Below are positions 9,989 to 19,810 of a stretch of 64,000 nt of DNA, piece by piece. Within the stretch, counting starts at the first letter, position 1; each line of letters starts with the position of its first letter. The DNA lies in IMG/VR virus record IMGVR_UViG_3300037067_001811, positions 1-64,000 of that record. One strand, 5' to 3'. The DNA comes from a virus. Its lineage: Duplodnaviria; Caudoviricetes. Position numbers and translations under genes: made by a program. The notes below the pieces were generated by a model that was not told the origin of the DNA, searched no databases, and saw nothing but the letters and a program-made list of their open reading frames with translations.

Positions 9989-10120
9989 AATCCAGGCGCC
10001 GCTTCTTAGCTGAGGTCGTCTACCAATTCTGTAGGACCCTCACGGAGCCTTCAGGGAGATAAATTGTTTATAGGGGGCCTATAGATAGTGCTGGGTCAGC
10101 ACCTTCTGTAGGAGACAAAG

Positions 10121-11410
10121 ATGTCAATTGATCAGATTAGATTCGTGCCAGGTAAGATGGATCGATACATAACCACTAAGAGCTTTGAGCTGGGGGCTTC
10201 GGGACAAAGAGTCTTAGACGGGATGGAGATTCTGTTCGATGGTACTACTGTCGAGATGAATGGCACTCGCTTCGTACTACCTACCCTGAGGGGTGCAGTT
10301 AAGTTGGGTTGGCTTGTTCCTGCAGATCAGTACGATCCTGATGCAGCGCCGGCAGCTAACCTATCGGCTAACATTGGGATGCGCCCAGCCAACGACCTAG
10401 GTCAGAATCCACTTGCTCCGGCAAAGAGGGTTGCAGCAGCTATCGTTGAGTCTGATGAGCGGGTAGTCATGAGTCGCGGAGAGCGAACCCAAGCAGCTAA
10501 CCAGAGAACCATTGAAGCTCGGTCCAACCAAGGTAGGGCAGGAGCAGGGGTAGTTCGAGGTAATGCTCCTGATGTTGGGGGGTCTGAGTTCGGAGTTCCA
10601 GTCCAACGAATCCTTCAGACTCCTGCTAAGTCCTCTCTGCAGGTGACTCCTAATTCAGTGGGTGCCGCCATCAACCAGGCGAACCAAGTAAAGATTCAAC
10701 CTGGGGTGGGGATCACAGAGGAAGAGCTCCTATCTCAGATGACTGATGAGGAGAGGGAAGCCCATCAATCATCCAAGGAGTCAAGGAAAGCGGATGTGAT
10801 GACTCGGACGGTAGGGTATGTCCCACCTCCGGCGCAGACTACCAACTTGGCTACCAACAACCAGACTTCAAGTAAGCGCCAGGAGGCCCCTAGGACCATG
10901 GTAGCTTCCTCTGATGTTCGTCAGGTGGCTAGGATAGCTCCTACTAAGAACACCTCCTCTGAGGGGTTCAGTGTCACTACGACCACTGGTGGTGGAACAG
11001 AGATATTTGACGCTTCTGGGTCAGAGGGTCCTGCCCAGCAGACTATGGTTTCTGCTGAGGGGATCAAGTTCACTAATACCAATGGACCGAAGAAGGCCTT
11101 TGGTGGGGTGACTCAGGTATCCCCACCGGCTCAGAGGTCTGCTCCAGCCCCAGAGGTGGAACCCCAAGATGACCCTCAGTCTCGTATTGAGAGAGATGGG
11201 ACCGCGGACGCTCGGAGGCGAGTTGCCAAGACTCTTTGCAGGGACTTCCCGGATGACTACGACTTTAATGACCACTGGAAGCGTAGATTAGCGATGATTC
11301 GCTTGAACTACGAGAATAAGCATGACGTCATTCGTGCCATCTTCGCGGCAGAGAGTGATGATTTCAAGCGGTTCCTGTTGGATGAGTTCCCAGAGGCCTT
11401 CCAGTCCTAG
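10121..11410 (+). CDS. Hypothetical late protein
   Basis: SD AGGAG; late-promoter-like motif at 10060; folded termini with a low-complexity middle. Confidence 0.7.
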   Translation: MSIDQIRFVPGKMDRYITTKSFELGASGQRVLDGMEILFDGTTVEMNGTRFVLPTLRGAVKLGWLVPADQYDPDAAPAANLSANIGMRPANDLGQNPLAPAKRVAAAIVESDERVVMSRGERTQAANQRTIEARSNQGRAGAGVVRGNAPDVGGSEFGVPVQRILQTPAKSSLQVTPNSVGAAINQANQVKIQPGVGITEEELLSQMTDEEREAHQSSKESRKADVMTRTVGYVPPPAQTTNLATNNQTSSKRQEAPRTMVASSDVRQVARIAPTKNTSSEGFSVTTTTGGGTEIFDASGSEGPAQQTMVSAEGIKFTNTNGPKKAFGGVTQVSPPAQRSAPAPEVEPQDDPQSRIERDGTADARRRVAKTLCRDFPDDYDFNDHWKRRLAMIRLNYENKHDVIRAIFAAESDDFKRFLLDEFPEAFQS

Positions 11411-11424
11411 GTTTGAGGTTCTAA

Positions 11425-12165
11425 TTGGCTATCGGTTACATCTACTTGATTACTAACACCCTAAATGGGAAGAAGTATGTTGGGCAGACTAGCGTCTCCA
11501 TCACTCAACGTTGGAGGCAACACCGAAGTGCATCTAAGAAGGAAAGCACTCATCCACTTTACCGGGCCATTAAGAAGTATGGACCTGATCGATTTACGGT
11601 AGAGTGCTTAGAGGTTGTAGCTGGATCTCGTGCAGAATTGGTAACTGCTGAGATCCGGCTCATAGCCGCTCATGGTTGTATAACTCCTAATGGTTACAAC
11701 CTGAGTAAGGGAGGTGAGGGTTATGACTCATCTCAACCTCGTATACGAGCTAACCATGATGCTGCAGTTCGTAAATCGTCAACTACTGCCTCGTGGAGGT
11801 CAGCTCAGTTTGAAGGTGCTAAGAAAAGACTAGCTGATCCTGAGTGGGTAGCTAATAATCGTGACCAACTCAAGCGTATGCATAACAGTCCTGAGTGGAA
11901 AGAAAAGAACTCAGGTACCCTTAGGGCTCTCCATCAAGATCCAAGATTTCAGCAGAAACTTGCTGATGGTATAACTAGACGGTCTTCAAATTCAGGTTGG
12001 AGATCCAGTAATGCACTTGGTTTGAGTAAGAGCAGGTTGATCCAAGCTGCTAAAGTATTGGAGCGGGACTCCTTACGGACACCAGAGGAAGTTTTGCGTA
12101 GGGTTCGTCAGCGTGAGGCTACAAAAGGGTGGAAGTCTAAACAGGTTAAATCTGAAGTCACTTGA
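11425..12165 (+). CDS. GIY-YIG homing endonuclease
   Basis: GYIYLITN..NGKKYVGQT...RW..H, NGYN; basic helical repeats in the C-terminal half. Confidence 0.9.
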   Translation: MAIGYIYLITNTLNGKKYVGQTSVSITQRWRQHRSASKKESTHPLYRAIKKYGPDRFTVECLEVVAGSRAELVTAEIRLIAAHGCITPNGYNLSKGGEGYDSSQPRIRANHDAAVRKSSTTASWRSAQFEGAKKRLADPEWVANNRDQLKRMHNSPEWKEKNSGTLRALHQDPRFQQKLADGITRRSSNSGWRSSNALGLSKSRLIQAAKVLERDSLRTPEEVLRRVRQREATKGWKSKQVKSEVT

Positions 12166-12197
12166 GTCGTTAGTCCTCTTGTAACTTCTGCTGTTCG

Positions 12198-13082
12198 ATG
12201 GACACTGCTAAGCCTATCGCTACTAACCACAAGGAAGGTGGGGCCCTCATTTACATAATGGAGGAACTCACTGATGCCCGCCTTCGTTGCGAGCAGTTGA
12301 AGAAGTTTGTGTCTCAAGCTGTGAGGTTGATTGGTCAATCCTCACACAGAGACCACTTCTACGAGGTTGCAGGGGATACCATCTATGGGATCCCTGATGC
12401 TCTATTTAAGTTGGACAAGGCGCTTGCTGCTACAGCACTTGCCGCCTCTCGTTTGGATTATGAGGAATTGAAGGCTCAACTTAAGCCGGAGAAGGTTGAG
12501 GAACTAGAGGATGTTCTCCGAGATACCCGGATTCGACAGATTGATCGTCGAGCTCCCTATATCCAACCGAGACCTGAGCAGAAGACTGCTACTGCTCTGA
12601 GTATTCAGGATCTGAATAAGATTGAGACTAGCTTGGAGGGTATTATCCTAGAGGCTCTCAAGCTTCGGAAGGACCTTCCCCGAGACTCTCGAGTTGATGA
12701 GATTGAAGAGGAAGCCAAAGAGGCCCTCAAGAAACTCAGGCGTGTATCGTTTACTATTGCATCGAAACAAGGGAAAAGTCACATGTTCAAAGCTGCCTCT
12801 ACTTCACACGTTGCCGGAGCTCTTCGTCGGATTGCTGCTGATGTTGAAGCAGCTCGAATCTCTCCTAAGGAAGCTAGCCGTCGCCTCAGTATGGTGAGGA
12901 TGGCTCTTTCTCAGACGGCTCAGGAAGCTGTTCAGGCAATGGGTGATATTCAAGCCACCACTCGTCAGGACGTTATTGATGGCTTCAAGAAGTCCAATCC
13001 TGCTCTAAGTAAGGAACAGCTTGAGGAGATTGCCGACCATTGGGAAGAGAATAAGGACGTCGTAAAGGACAAGCATCAGTAG
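12198..13082 (+). CDS. Hypothetical helical protein (possible internal head protein)
   Basis: ORF after a late-promoter-like motif; KTA/KAA/RIA/KEA motifs. Confidence 0.65.
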   Translation: MDTAKPIATNHKEGGALIYIMEELTDARLRCEQLKKFVSQAVRLIGQSSHRDHFYEVAGDTIYGIPDALFKLDKALAATALAASRLDYEELKAQLKPEKVEELEDVLRDTRIRQIDRRAPYIQPRPEQKTATALSIQDLNKIETSLEGIILEALKLRKDLPRDSRVDEIEEEAKEALKKLRRVSFTIASKQGKSHMFKAASTSHVAGALRRIAADVEAARISPKEASRRLSMVRMALSQTAQEAVQAMGDIQATTRQDVIDGFKKSNPALSKEQLEEIADHWEENKDVVKDKHQ

Positions 13083-13119
13083 TCCCTCGAGACTCTAATC
13101 CCCACTCCAGGTAGATCTC

Positions 13120-13488
13120 ATGACAAATCCACTCCAAGAGTATCAGGACACCCTTCTTGTGCAACGTGTTGCAGCCAAGGGTGCTGCCCCTAAGTGGGAC
13201 CGATCTAAGGTCAGGGGGTGGATGACCAAAGAGGTAGTTAATCATGTTGATCGTAAGACCGACGAGGTGAATACTACTTCTTTGGCGGAGGCAGCAGCTT
13301 CTGAGTTCAACGTCTACGAGGACACTAGGGACTACAAGATCCCTGATGACTTGTTTGACCTGTCGACTCAGGTTGGGGAAGCATGGGAGAAGAAGAACAA
13401 GAGGGCTGCTACTGGTGATCAAGAGGCAGCTTACTATGTTCGGTTGGCGATGATGGGGAAGGTACCCACCCCTAGTGGGGATGAATGA
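13120..13488 (+). CDS. Hypothetical protein (possible internal head protein)
   Basis: LVQRVAA N-terminal motif; SD AGGT. Confidence 0.6.
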   Translation: MTNPLQEYQDTLLVQRVAAKGAAPKWDRSKVRGWMTKEVVNHVDRKTDEVNTTSLAEAAASEFNVYEDTRDYKIPDDLFDLSTQVGEAWEKKNKRAATGDQEAAYYVRLAMMGKVPTPSGDE

Positions 13489-14330
13489 GACAGCCCTTAG
13501 TTTCCCGTCCTCCGTATGCTGCTGGGGGTTCCCCAGTTGCGGAGTCAGGGCTCCCAGGGACGGGGCCTTCGGATAGAGGTGTAGCCCTTAACTCGGATAT
13601 CCCTGGGACCTCTACCTTTGCTAAGCCTCCAGGTGAAGGACCTCGAGAGCCTAATGTGGAGGACAAGTCCATCTACAAGGTGGATGGACCTGATGACCTT
13701 CTGAAGGATCAGACGAGACAGGATGACATTGACCACTCTGAGGCTAAGCCTACCTTCAGGCGACCAGGGCCTCATGTGGACGACAACAAGACCAAGTACC
13801 CCTATAGGGATAAGATCCCTAATCGGCACAATGCAGCTTTGGTTGAAGATGTTGTCCAACTGTACCTCCTGCGTACAGCTCATGAGGTTACGGTAGAGCT
13901 CGAAGCCCCTGTTCGAGTAGCCACTAAGATCTCAGACATTGAGAATGGTCTCAATCCGAAGGTTCTGGACAGATCTCAGACCTGCACGGTAGAGACCAAG
14001 AGAGCGGATCCAAAGAACCTTCGATGGATCTTTACGGTCAATTGTGGGAACGGACCTAAGATGGTTCGACTCAAGGCAGAGCGTAAGGGGAATGTGACGG
14101 CCCTCTCAAAGATGGATGTCACCTTTTCCTGTTCGTGTAAGGCCTGGAGGTGGTTGGGTTCGGAGTACCATGCAAAGCAGGACCAGTATCTAGATGGTAA
14201 GCCAACAGGTACCGCTTCGACTCCAGATATCAAAGATCCGGCTCGAGTCAATCGTGTTTGTAAGCATGTAGCCGCTGTCATCGGTCAATCGAGAAAGTGG
14301 TCTATCCCTCTTCACCGAAGGGGTAAATGA
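13485..14330 (+). CDS. SWIM-type zinc finger protein
   Basis: FSCSC...VCKHVAAV (CxC-xn-CxH). Confidence 0.7.
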   Translation: MRQPLVSRPPYAAGGSPVAESGLPGTGPSDRGVALNSDIPGTSTFAKPPGEGPREPNVEDKSIYKVDGPDDLLKDQTRQDDIDHSEAKPTFRRPGPHVDDNKTKYPYRDKIPNRHNAALVEDVVQLYLLRTAHEVTVELEAPVRVATKISDIENGLNPKVLDRSQTCTVETKRADPKNLRWIFTVNCGNGPKMVRLKAERKGNVTALSKMDVTFSCSCKAWRWLGSEYHAKQDQYLDGKPTGTASTPDIKDPARVNRVCKHVAAVIGQSRKWSIPLHRRGK

Positions 14331-14343
14331 AAATGAGGATCAG

Positions 14344-14757
14344 ATGCCAACCTATTCTGTAGAGTGTCACGAATGTGGGAGTACGAGGGATCAACGTCTC
14401 TCCTATTCCGAGTATGACTTAGTGAAAGCTGGGTCAAAGGAAGTTCTCTGCTCTAATTGTGGACTCCCCGCTCAGATCGGATTTGCCCCGGGAAACCTAG
14501 GGTTTATTTTGAAGGAGGGTGAGTCAGGTGGGTGGGCTACAAAGTCCATTAAAGAGAATGCCTACCGAAAGCAGAGAAGAATAGATGTTGGTAAGAAGGA
14601 GAAGGATCACGTCTTCAAGGCTCAGTTACAACCAAACTTCGACGGGGTAGAGACTGGTACTTGGAGAGAGGCTCAGGAGCTAGCTCGAAAAGAGAAGGGG
14701 GATGCTTCCGCGTCTACCTATGCTCCTTTAGTAAAGCAAGGTAACGTAGGAACATGA
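14344..14757 (+). CDS. FmdB-like zinc-ribbon protein
   Basis: MPTYSVECHECG...CSNCG. Confidence 0.75.
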   Translation: MPTYSVECHECGSTRDQRLSYSEYDLVKAGSKEVLCSNCGLPAQIGFAPGNLGFILKEGESGGWATKSIKENAYRKQRRIDVGKKEKDHVFKAQLQPNFDGVETGTWREAQELARKEKGDASASTYAPLVKQGNVGT

Positions 14758-15404
14758 CAACCCGACTATTCTCCATTCTAAGGCGCAAGCCTGGTTTGAT
14801 TGATCTCATCACTCCAATCCAGCCACCTGCCTCAGGAGTGGTTGGCTACCGGTTGAAGACAGATACCGCTGTGAACGGGTCTTTTTCTACAACGATCCTT
14901 GAATCTACCCTCTATGGGTTTACAGATCCTTCTGTAGCAGGACCTCAGAACGTCATTCAACCTGGGGAGCATGTGAGGATCATTTTCCGACCTCAGGATC
15001 ACTCCCTCACTGATGGAGCTTTTTGGCTCAAGTTGGTTTACGTGGACGCTGGAAATGCGGAGATGACCTCTCCTGCTCCAAGTGCAGTAACCCTAGTCCT
15101 TCCTCCATTTGTGGGTAATGAGCAGTCTGGGTTCAATGGGACTGCCCCGAGTGGGGCGACTATTGCTAACTCCCTACGTATTGACTTGCCTCGTCAGATG
15201 TCGAACTTCAGAATCCGAAATCTGAGTACAACGATTCTTCTCTATGTAGCTTTCCAGGAGGAAGGTCCTGAGATCATTGTTCCTGGTCAGAGTGTAAGTC
15301 AAGAGAGCGTAGGTTTTGACGGCCTAGTTTCCTCTATCTGGGTTCGAGGTGCTTCAGGGACTGCGGCGTTCTCAGCTCAATATACATACGCAAACCCCCG
15401 CTGA
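14754..15404 (+). CDS. Hypothetical virion beta-sandwich protein
   Basis: Translationally coupled ORF; beta-rich composition. Confidence 0.6.
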   Translation: MTTRLFSILRRKPGLIDLITPIQPPASGVVGYRLKTDTAVNGSFSTTILESTLYGFTDPSVAGPQNVIQPGEHVRIIFRPQDHSLTDGAFWLKLVYVDAGNAEMTSPAPSAVTLVLPPFVGNEQSGFNGTAPSGATIANSLRIDLPRQMSNFRIRNLSTTILLYVAFQEEGPEIIVPGQSVSQESVGFDGLVSSIWVRGASGTAAFSAQYTYANPR

Positions 15405-15438
15405 ACCCAGGTAAGCTTCATCCCGGCGGGAGACGTGA

Positions 15439-15756
15439 GTGTACCTTGTCAACTACCTAAACCTTCAGACCGCTCAACAGCTATTTATAGCTGTTGGTCG
15501 GTATCGAACTGGGTGCGGGCTAGTAGGGGTTCAAGATGGGGTAAACTGAATCTTCACTCTTCCGAGTGGAGAGAGGTTTGCCCATAACCTCCCCTACCTG
15601 ACGATATCCGTTTATGTGAATGGTCTTCGTCAAGCTTTGGTAGATGATTACACTATCTCAGAAAGCGGGGGTATAGGGTCTGGTTACGATACGGTAACCT
15701 TGACTTCTGCTCCTTACTCGGATGATCACCTAACCTCTGACTACGTTCTGGCATAG
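15439..15756 (+). pseudogene. Small virion-type gene interrupted by an in-frame TGA (15547-15549)
   Basis: SD GGGAGA plus GTG start; MYLVNY...GVQDGVN*IFTLP...VYVNGLRQ..DDY...DYVLA is continuous in one frame; missed by the ORF track. Confidence 0.7.
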
Positions 15757-15769
15757 GAGTTGAACCAGA

Positions 15770-16384
15770 ATGGGTGAGTCTAAGATCAGGTATCGAGTAG
15801 TCAGGGTCGCCGATAAGACGGACGACCAGAAGACTGCTATTGAGATCCTCAATTCCTTAGCTACCTCTGTTACTCAAGAGGACCTCCAAGAGTTCATCCT
15901 CAGTCAGATTAAGAGGATCATTCACGGGGATAATCCCGGCACTTGGAGAGACAACTTCGAGGAAACTGAGATCCTGAGTCTCCAAGAGTTGACTCAGTTA
16001 GTCACAGAAGAGGGAGTAGCTGTTTCTGCTACTTGTCAATCAACTGACGCAGTAGGTGATCTCGTTTACATTTCTGGGGGTAGTACCGCTGGGATTATTC
16101 AGGTGACTAAGGTGGACATCCTGAATTACCTAAAGATGCCGGCAGTAGGGGTTATTGTAAGTAAGAGCTCTAGTACCTCTTGCAAGATCCTTCGATACGG
16201 CCTGCTAAGTATGTCTGGACTTGTACCAGGCAAAACCTACTTCGTTGACTTTGATAGTACCCCTACTGATGTTCGCCCCGTACCGTCTTCAGGTTCTGTT
16301 TTCGTTCAAGTCATAGGGGTAGCAATGGATTCGTCGAGGCTACTCCTCAATCCGTCCTTTAATATGACCAAAGTGATCGTATGA
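15770..16384 (+). CDS. Virion protein with cement/decoration-like C-terminal domain
   Basis: AVGDLVYISG...AVGV...GLVPGKTY...VQVIGVA, resembling the C-terminus of 16864..18750. Confidence 0.55.
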   Translation: MGESKIRYRVVRVADKTDDQKTAIEILNSLATSVTQEDLQEFILSQIKRIIHGDNPGTWRDNFEETEILSLQELTQLVTEEGVAVSATCQSTDAVGDLVYISGGSTAGIIQVTKVDILNYLKMPAVGVIVSKSSSTSCKILRYGLLSMSGLVPGKTYFVDFDSTPTDVRPVPSSGSVFVQVIGVAMDSSRLLLNPSFNMTKVIV

Positions 16385-16842
16385 CAACTAAGACCAAATC
16401 CAAATTAGATGTAGTCAAGTCCAATGGGAGTAGTACCCGAAAGAGTCCAGCTGGGGCCGCTAAGGTAGTCCCGACTAAGGTTGCTCAAGAGGAGGCTCAA
16501 CACCCCATTGACCACATTGAGAAGATCACTGAGCTTGAGGTTATGACTTTTCGAGCACTCGATGCTGAGATTAGGAACCTCGAGTTATCTGGTAGGTCTT
16601 TAGCCCTAGAGATGCAAAACGCTCAGAACGAAATGGAGAAGACTATAGCTGCTTTCAAAAGGCAGCAGGACGCAAGGCAGGCGGCAATAGATCAAGCTCA
16701 ACACGGTGTAGCTGAGCTGAAACCTCGATACATACAAGTAGTTACCGAGATCGCAACCAAGTACCACTTAGACCCAAGTTACATGGCCATTGACCCGGAG
16801 GCACGAACAGTTCGTGATCTACGGGGCGAAGCCACCACCTAG
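16381..16842 (+). CDS. Coiled-coil hypothetical protein
   Basis: Coupled ORF with heptad-like composition. Confidence 0.6.
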   Translation: MTTKTKSKLDVVKSNGSSTRKSPAGAAKVVPTKVAQEEAQHPIDHIEKITELEVMTFRALDAEIRNLELSGRSLALEMQNAQNEMEKTIAAFKRQQDARQAAIDQAQHGVAELKPRYIQVVTEIATKYHLDPSYMAIDPEARTVRDLRGEATT

Positions 16843-16863
16843 TAGACATTAAGGAATTTCCCC

Positions 16864-18750
16864 ATGGCAGCAGAACGCAAACCACTATTCATGGCAGCAG
16901 AGGGCTACCATGAAGAGGTAGCTACTACCGATTATCTTACTATCTCCAAGTTGACCATCCCCGTGTCTGGGAGTGGTGGAGTTGGTATCGTGATGGGTGG
17001 GAACAAGATCACAGGGGCAGGCCCAGCCACTGTATCAGGTGATGTTCTAGTCTGGGGTCAAAATGGGGCTCAGCTCGGGTCAACAGGGTTCACTTCCAAC
17101 GTTGACATGGGCAACAACCTCATCAACAACTTGGGGACTCCAAGCGCACCTGATGATGCGGTCAACAAGGCCTACGTGGACGCTCTGTCCCAAGGCCTCG
17201 ACCCGCACTCTTCATGTATCGTTAAGGTAGTAAGTGGTCTTGGTACTAGGGCAAGCAAGGCGGGGGCTACTGGGGCCGGCGGCTTCCCAATGGCTGGCGA
17301 GACTTTCGACATTCAGCTTCATGATCCCTATGGGACTACGGTAACGGTAACGTTCACCACTGAAGCCAACTTGACAGCAGTGGCCACTACCATCAATAGT
17401 GCTATCCAGGCTGCCTACGGGGTAAGTTACACGGTAGCTTATGTCAATGGTGCCAACATTGACCTAAAGGATCCGTGGACTGGTAGTAAGTCTAGGGTTA
17501 CTGTCTCCAATGTCAGTGGTCCAACTCTGACATCTAAGACGGGTATCTCTGCTGGATCCGCCCTGGGTACTGGCTTCACTGCGGCTGGTACAGGCGTAGG
17601 TAAGACTCTGACTGCTCCGACTGATGCAGTCACCTACAATACCATCGACGGGTACACCTTTGCTGCCACAGGGGCTTCTCAGCGTGTGTTGGTGGCTAGC
17701 GAGAATGGAGACGAGTCCACTCCGGCCATTGATAACGGCATCTATACGGTAACCACCCTTGGTGATGGTGCTGGAGCTAGTTTCACGCTAACTCGAGCTA
17801 CGGACTGTGATCAGACCAGTTCGACTGAATTCCATCAGGGTGTGTACACCTTCATCACTAGTGGTACTGCCTTCATCGATACCGGTTGGGATTGTGTCAC
17901 AGTTGACCCAATCTCAGTGGATGTTACGGCGAATGCATGGTCTCAGTTCGCTGGTGCCCCGACTTACACCTACGATCAAGGCCTGATCAAGATTGTCAGC
18001 TCTATCCAGGTAGAGTTGGAGACTGGTGCCAGTGAGGCAGGTACTGGAGCAGCCGGTGGGTCTTCAGGCTTGGAGTTCGACGTAAATACTGCAAGTGGTA
18101 AGCTTCGAGCAAAGGTTGACCCAGCTAAGGGCATCCGACGCTTCGCTAACGGCTTGGGTATCAAGTTGGACGGGAGCACAGCTGCTCTAGATGTTGGTGG
18201 GGCAGGTACCGGTCTCAGTGTGGCTGGTGTCCCCAATTTGTTCACGGTTGGCGGTACTGCAACTAGCCAGACTCCTGGTACTGGTCAAGTAACTGCTACC
18301 AACTTGAATACTTTGACCGCTGGTGCTGTCAGTAATGCTGACTCCCTGCATACTCATACGGCCCTCGCTTCAACATCCGCCCCAATCCTCCAGACGATCA
18401 TGGATGGAACGGGTGGATCCATAGCGGTCAAGGATCCGGTCTACATCACGGGTACGAACAATATCATCGCCAAGGCAGTAGCTTCAGTAGATGCGAGTGC
18501 AAGGGTCATTGGTGTTGCTCAAGCTAATCCGTCTGGTAACAACTTCACGGTTGTATTCGCGGGTAAGGCTGCAGGAGTTGTTTCTGGTCTTTCTGGGGTA
18601 GGGGCTGGTGTCCCTGTCTACCTTGCTGCTGCTGGTGGACTCTCTACCACCCTACCCGGTGGAGGTAATCGTGTTATTCAGGTTGGAATCTGCTTGAATG
18701 TCGATGATTTGTTCGTTCGAATCACGGACTATGGTAAGAAAGCTGCCTAA
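16864..18750 (+). CDS. Fibre/whisker-like virion protein
   Basis: NLGTPSAPDDAVNKAYVD fibre motif; DNGIY...LTRATD; G/T/A-rich. Confidence 0.7.
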   Translation: MAAERKPLFMAAEGYHEEVATTDYLTISKLTIPVSGSGGVGIVMGGNKITGAGPATVSGDVLVWGQNGAQLGSTGFTSNVDMGNNLINNLGTPSAPDDAVNKAYVDALSQGLDPHSSCIVKVVSGLGTRASKAGATGAGGFPMAGETFDIQLHDPYGTTVTVTFTTEANLTAVATTINSAIQAAYGVSYTVAYVNGANIDLKDPWTGSKSRVTVSNVSGPTLTSKTGISAGSALGTGFTAAGTGVGKTLTAPTDAVTYNTIDGYTFAATGASQRVLVASENGDESTPAIDNGIYTVTTLGDGAGASFTLTRATDCDQTSSTEFHQGVYTFITSGTAFIDTGWDCVTVDPISVDVTANAWSQFAGAPTYTYDQGLIKIVSSIQVELETGASEAGTGAAGGSSGLEFDVNTASGKLRAKVDPAKGIRRFANGLGIKLDGSTAALDVGGAGTGLSVAGVPNLFTVGGTATSQTPGTGQVTATNLNTLTAGAVSNADSLHTHTALASTSAPILQTIMDGTGGSIAVKDPVYITGTNNIIAKAVASVDASARVIGVAQANPSGNNFTVVFAGKAAGVVSGLSGVGAGVPVYLAAAGGLSTTLPGGGNRVIQVGICLNVDDLFVRITDYGKKAA

Positions 18751-18763
18751 TAGCATAATTTAG

Positions 18764-18791
18764 TTGCGTAATCATTAGGGTTTGTTATAGT
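18764..18791 (+). promoter_or_regulatory. sigma70-like promoter giving a leaderless mRNA
   Basis: TTGCGT-16 nt-TATAGT with TGn extension; ATG 6 nt downstream. Confidence 0.6.
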
Positions 18792-18797
18792 GGGGTC

Positions 18798-19718
18798 ATG
18801 AGCAATCATGGCCCCACTCCGCGTTTAGGGCAGAACCTAATCAAACCTCCTACAAAATATGGTCCAAAACCAAAACCCTTAGCTGAGCGTTTTTGGGGGA
18901 AGGTTTTGAAGGGAGGGGGCCCTGATTCTTGCTGGTTGTGGACCGGGCATGTGAATGGTAAGTGTGGTTATGGGCTGATCTATGATATGGATGTAGGTGA
19001 CAAGATGCTTGCGCATCGAGTGGCTTGGAAATTATCATTTGGAAGCTACCCCTCTGGAGTAGTTCGTCACACTTGTGACAATCCTTCTTGTGTCCGTATT
19101 GACCACCTGGTTGAGGGTACTCAGGCCGAGAATATGTTAGATATGGTTAGTCACGGGCGTCATAGAAATCAATGTGGGGAAGAGAAGCTTTCATTTGAGC
19201 AGGCAGGGGAGATTCGTGATCTGTATCAGGGTGGTAACCTAAGTCAGAGTGAGTTAGCTAGCTTGTATGGGGTACATCAGGCCACTATCTCTAGGGTTAC
19301 CTTAGGTAAGACCTTTAGAATACCTCGTATTACCCAGGAGTTGCAGTCCCCTAGAATAGAGAGGATAAGGGCGCCTCGACGTTCAATAGAAGAACGCTTC
19401 TGGGAGAAGGTGAATAAGGAGGGTCCTGCACCTGTTTCACAGCCTGAGTTAGAGTTCTGCTGGTTGTGGACAGCGAGTACTATCAACAAGGTGAGCCCGA
19501 GAGGGAGCTTCCGAAGAACGCATCTACGTGCTGAGCTTGCTCATCGTGTTGCCTGGGAGTTGACTTACGGCCCAATACCAGAGGGGTTTGTTGTGTGCCA
19601 TCGTTGTGATGTAGGGCTCTGCGTCCGCCCTACTCACTTGTTCTTGGGTACTCAGGCTGAAAACTTGGCTGACATGCGTTCTAAGGGTAGAGCAAAGTTT
19701 TGGGACAACCCTGGTTGA
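18798..19718 (+). CDS. HNH homing endonuclease with two HNH domains and a central HTH
   Basis: Two copies of RFW.KV...CWLWT...AHRVAW...H.CD...CVR..HL..GTQAEN. Confidence 0.9.
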   Translation: MSNHGPTPRLGQNLIKPPTKYGPKPKPLAERFWGKVLKGGGPDSCWLWTGHVNGKCGYGLIYDMDVGDKMLAHRVAWKLSFGSYPSGVVRHTCDNPSCVRIDHLVEGTQAENMLDMVSHGRHRNQCGEEKLSFEQAGEIRDLYQGGNLSQSELASLYGVHQATISRVTLGKTFRIPRITQELQSPRIERIRAPRRSIEERFWEKVNKEGPAPVSQPELEFCWLWTASTINKVSPRGSFRRTHLRAELAHRVAWELTYGPIPEGFVVCHRCDVGLCVRPTHLFLGTQAENLADMRSKGRAKFWDNPG

Positions 19719-19740
19719 GCTGATCTGAGTCGAAGCAATT

Positions 19741-19782
19741 AACTCGAGTCTAGGGTAACCTTAGACTCGAGTTTTTCGTTTT
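19741..19782 (+). terminator. Intrinsic terminator
   Basis: aactcgagtctagg/cttagactcgagtt stem plus T tract. Confidence 0.8.
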
Positions 19783-19810
19783 ATTGCCTACCTCTTAAGA
19801 AGAGGACCTC

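Noticed and set aside
9922-10120. tRNA gene in the intergenic region
   Set aside because: No cloverleaf, TpsiC loop or CCA end was recognisable
15477-15489. ACAGCTATTTATA as a late promoter copy
   Set aside because: It lies inside the hidden ORF 15439..15756 and is explained by coding sequence
15547-15549. Genome-wide TGA recoding or selenocysteine
   Set aside because: Many genes end at TGA followed directly by the next gene; only one internal TGA was seen, with no Cys-redox context
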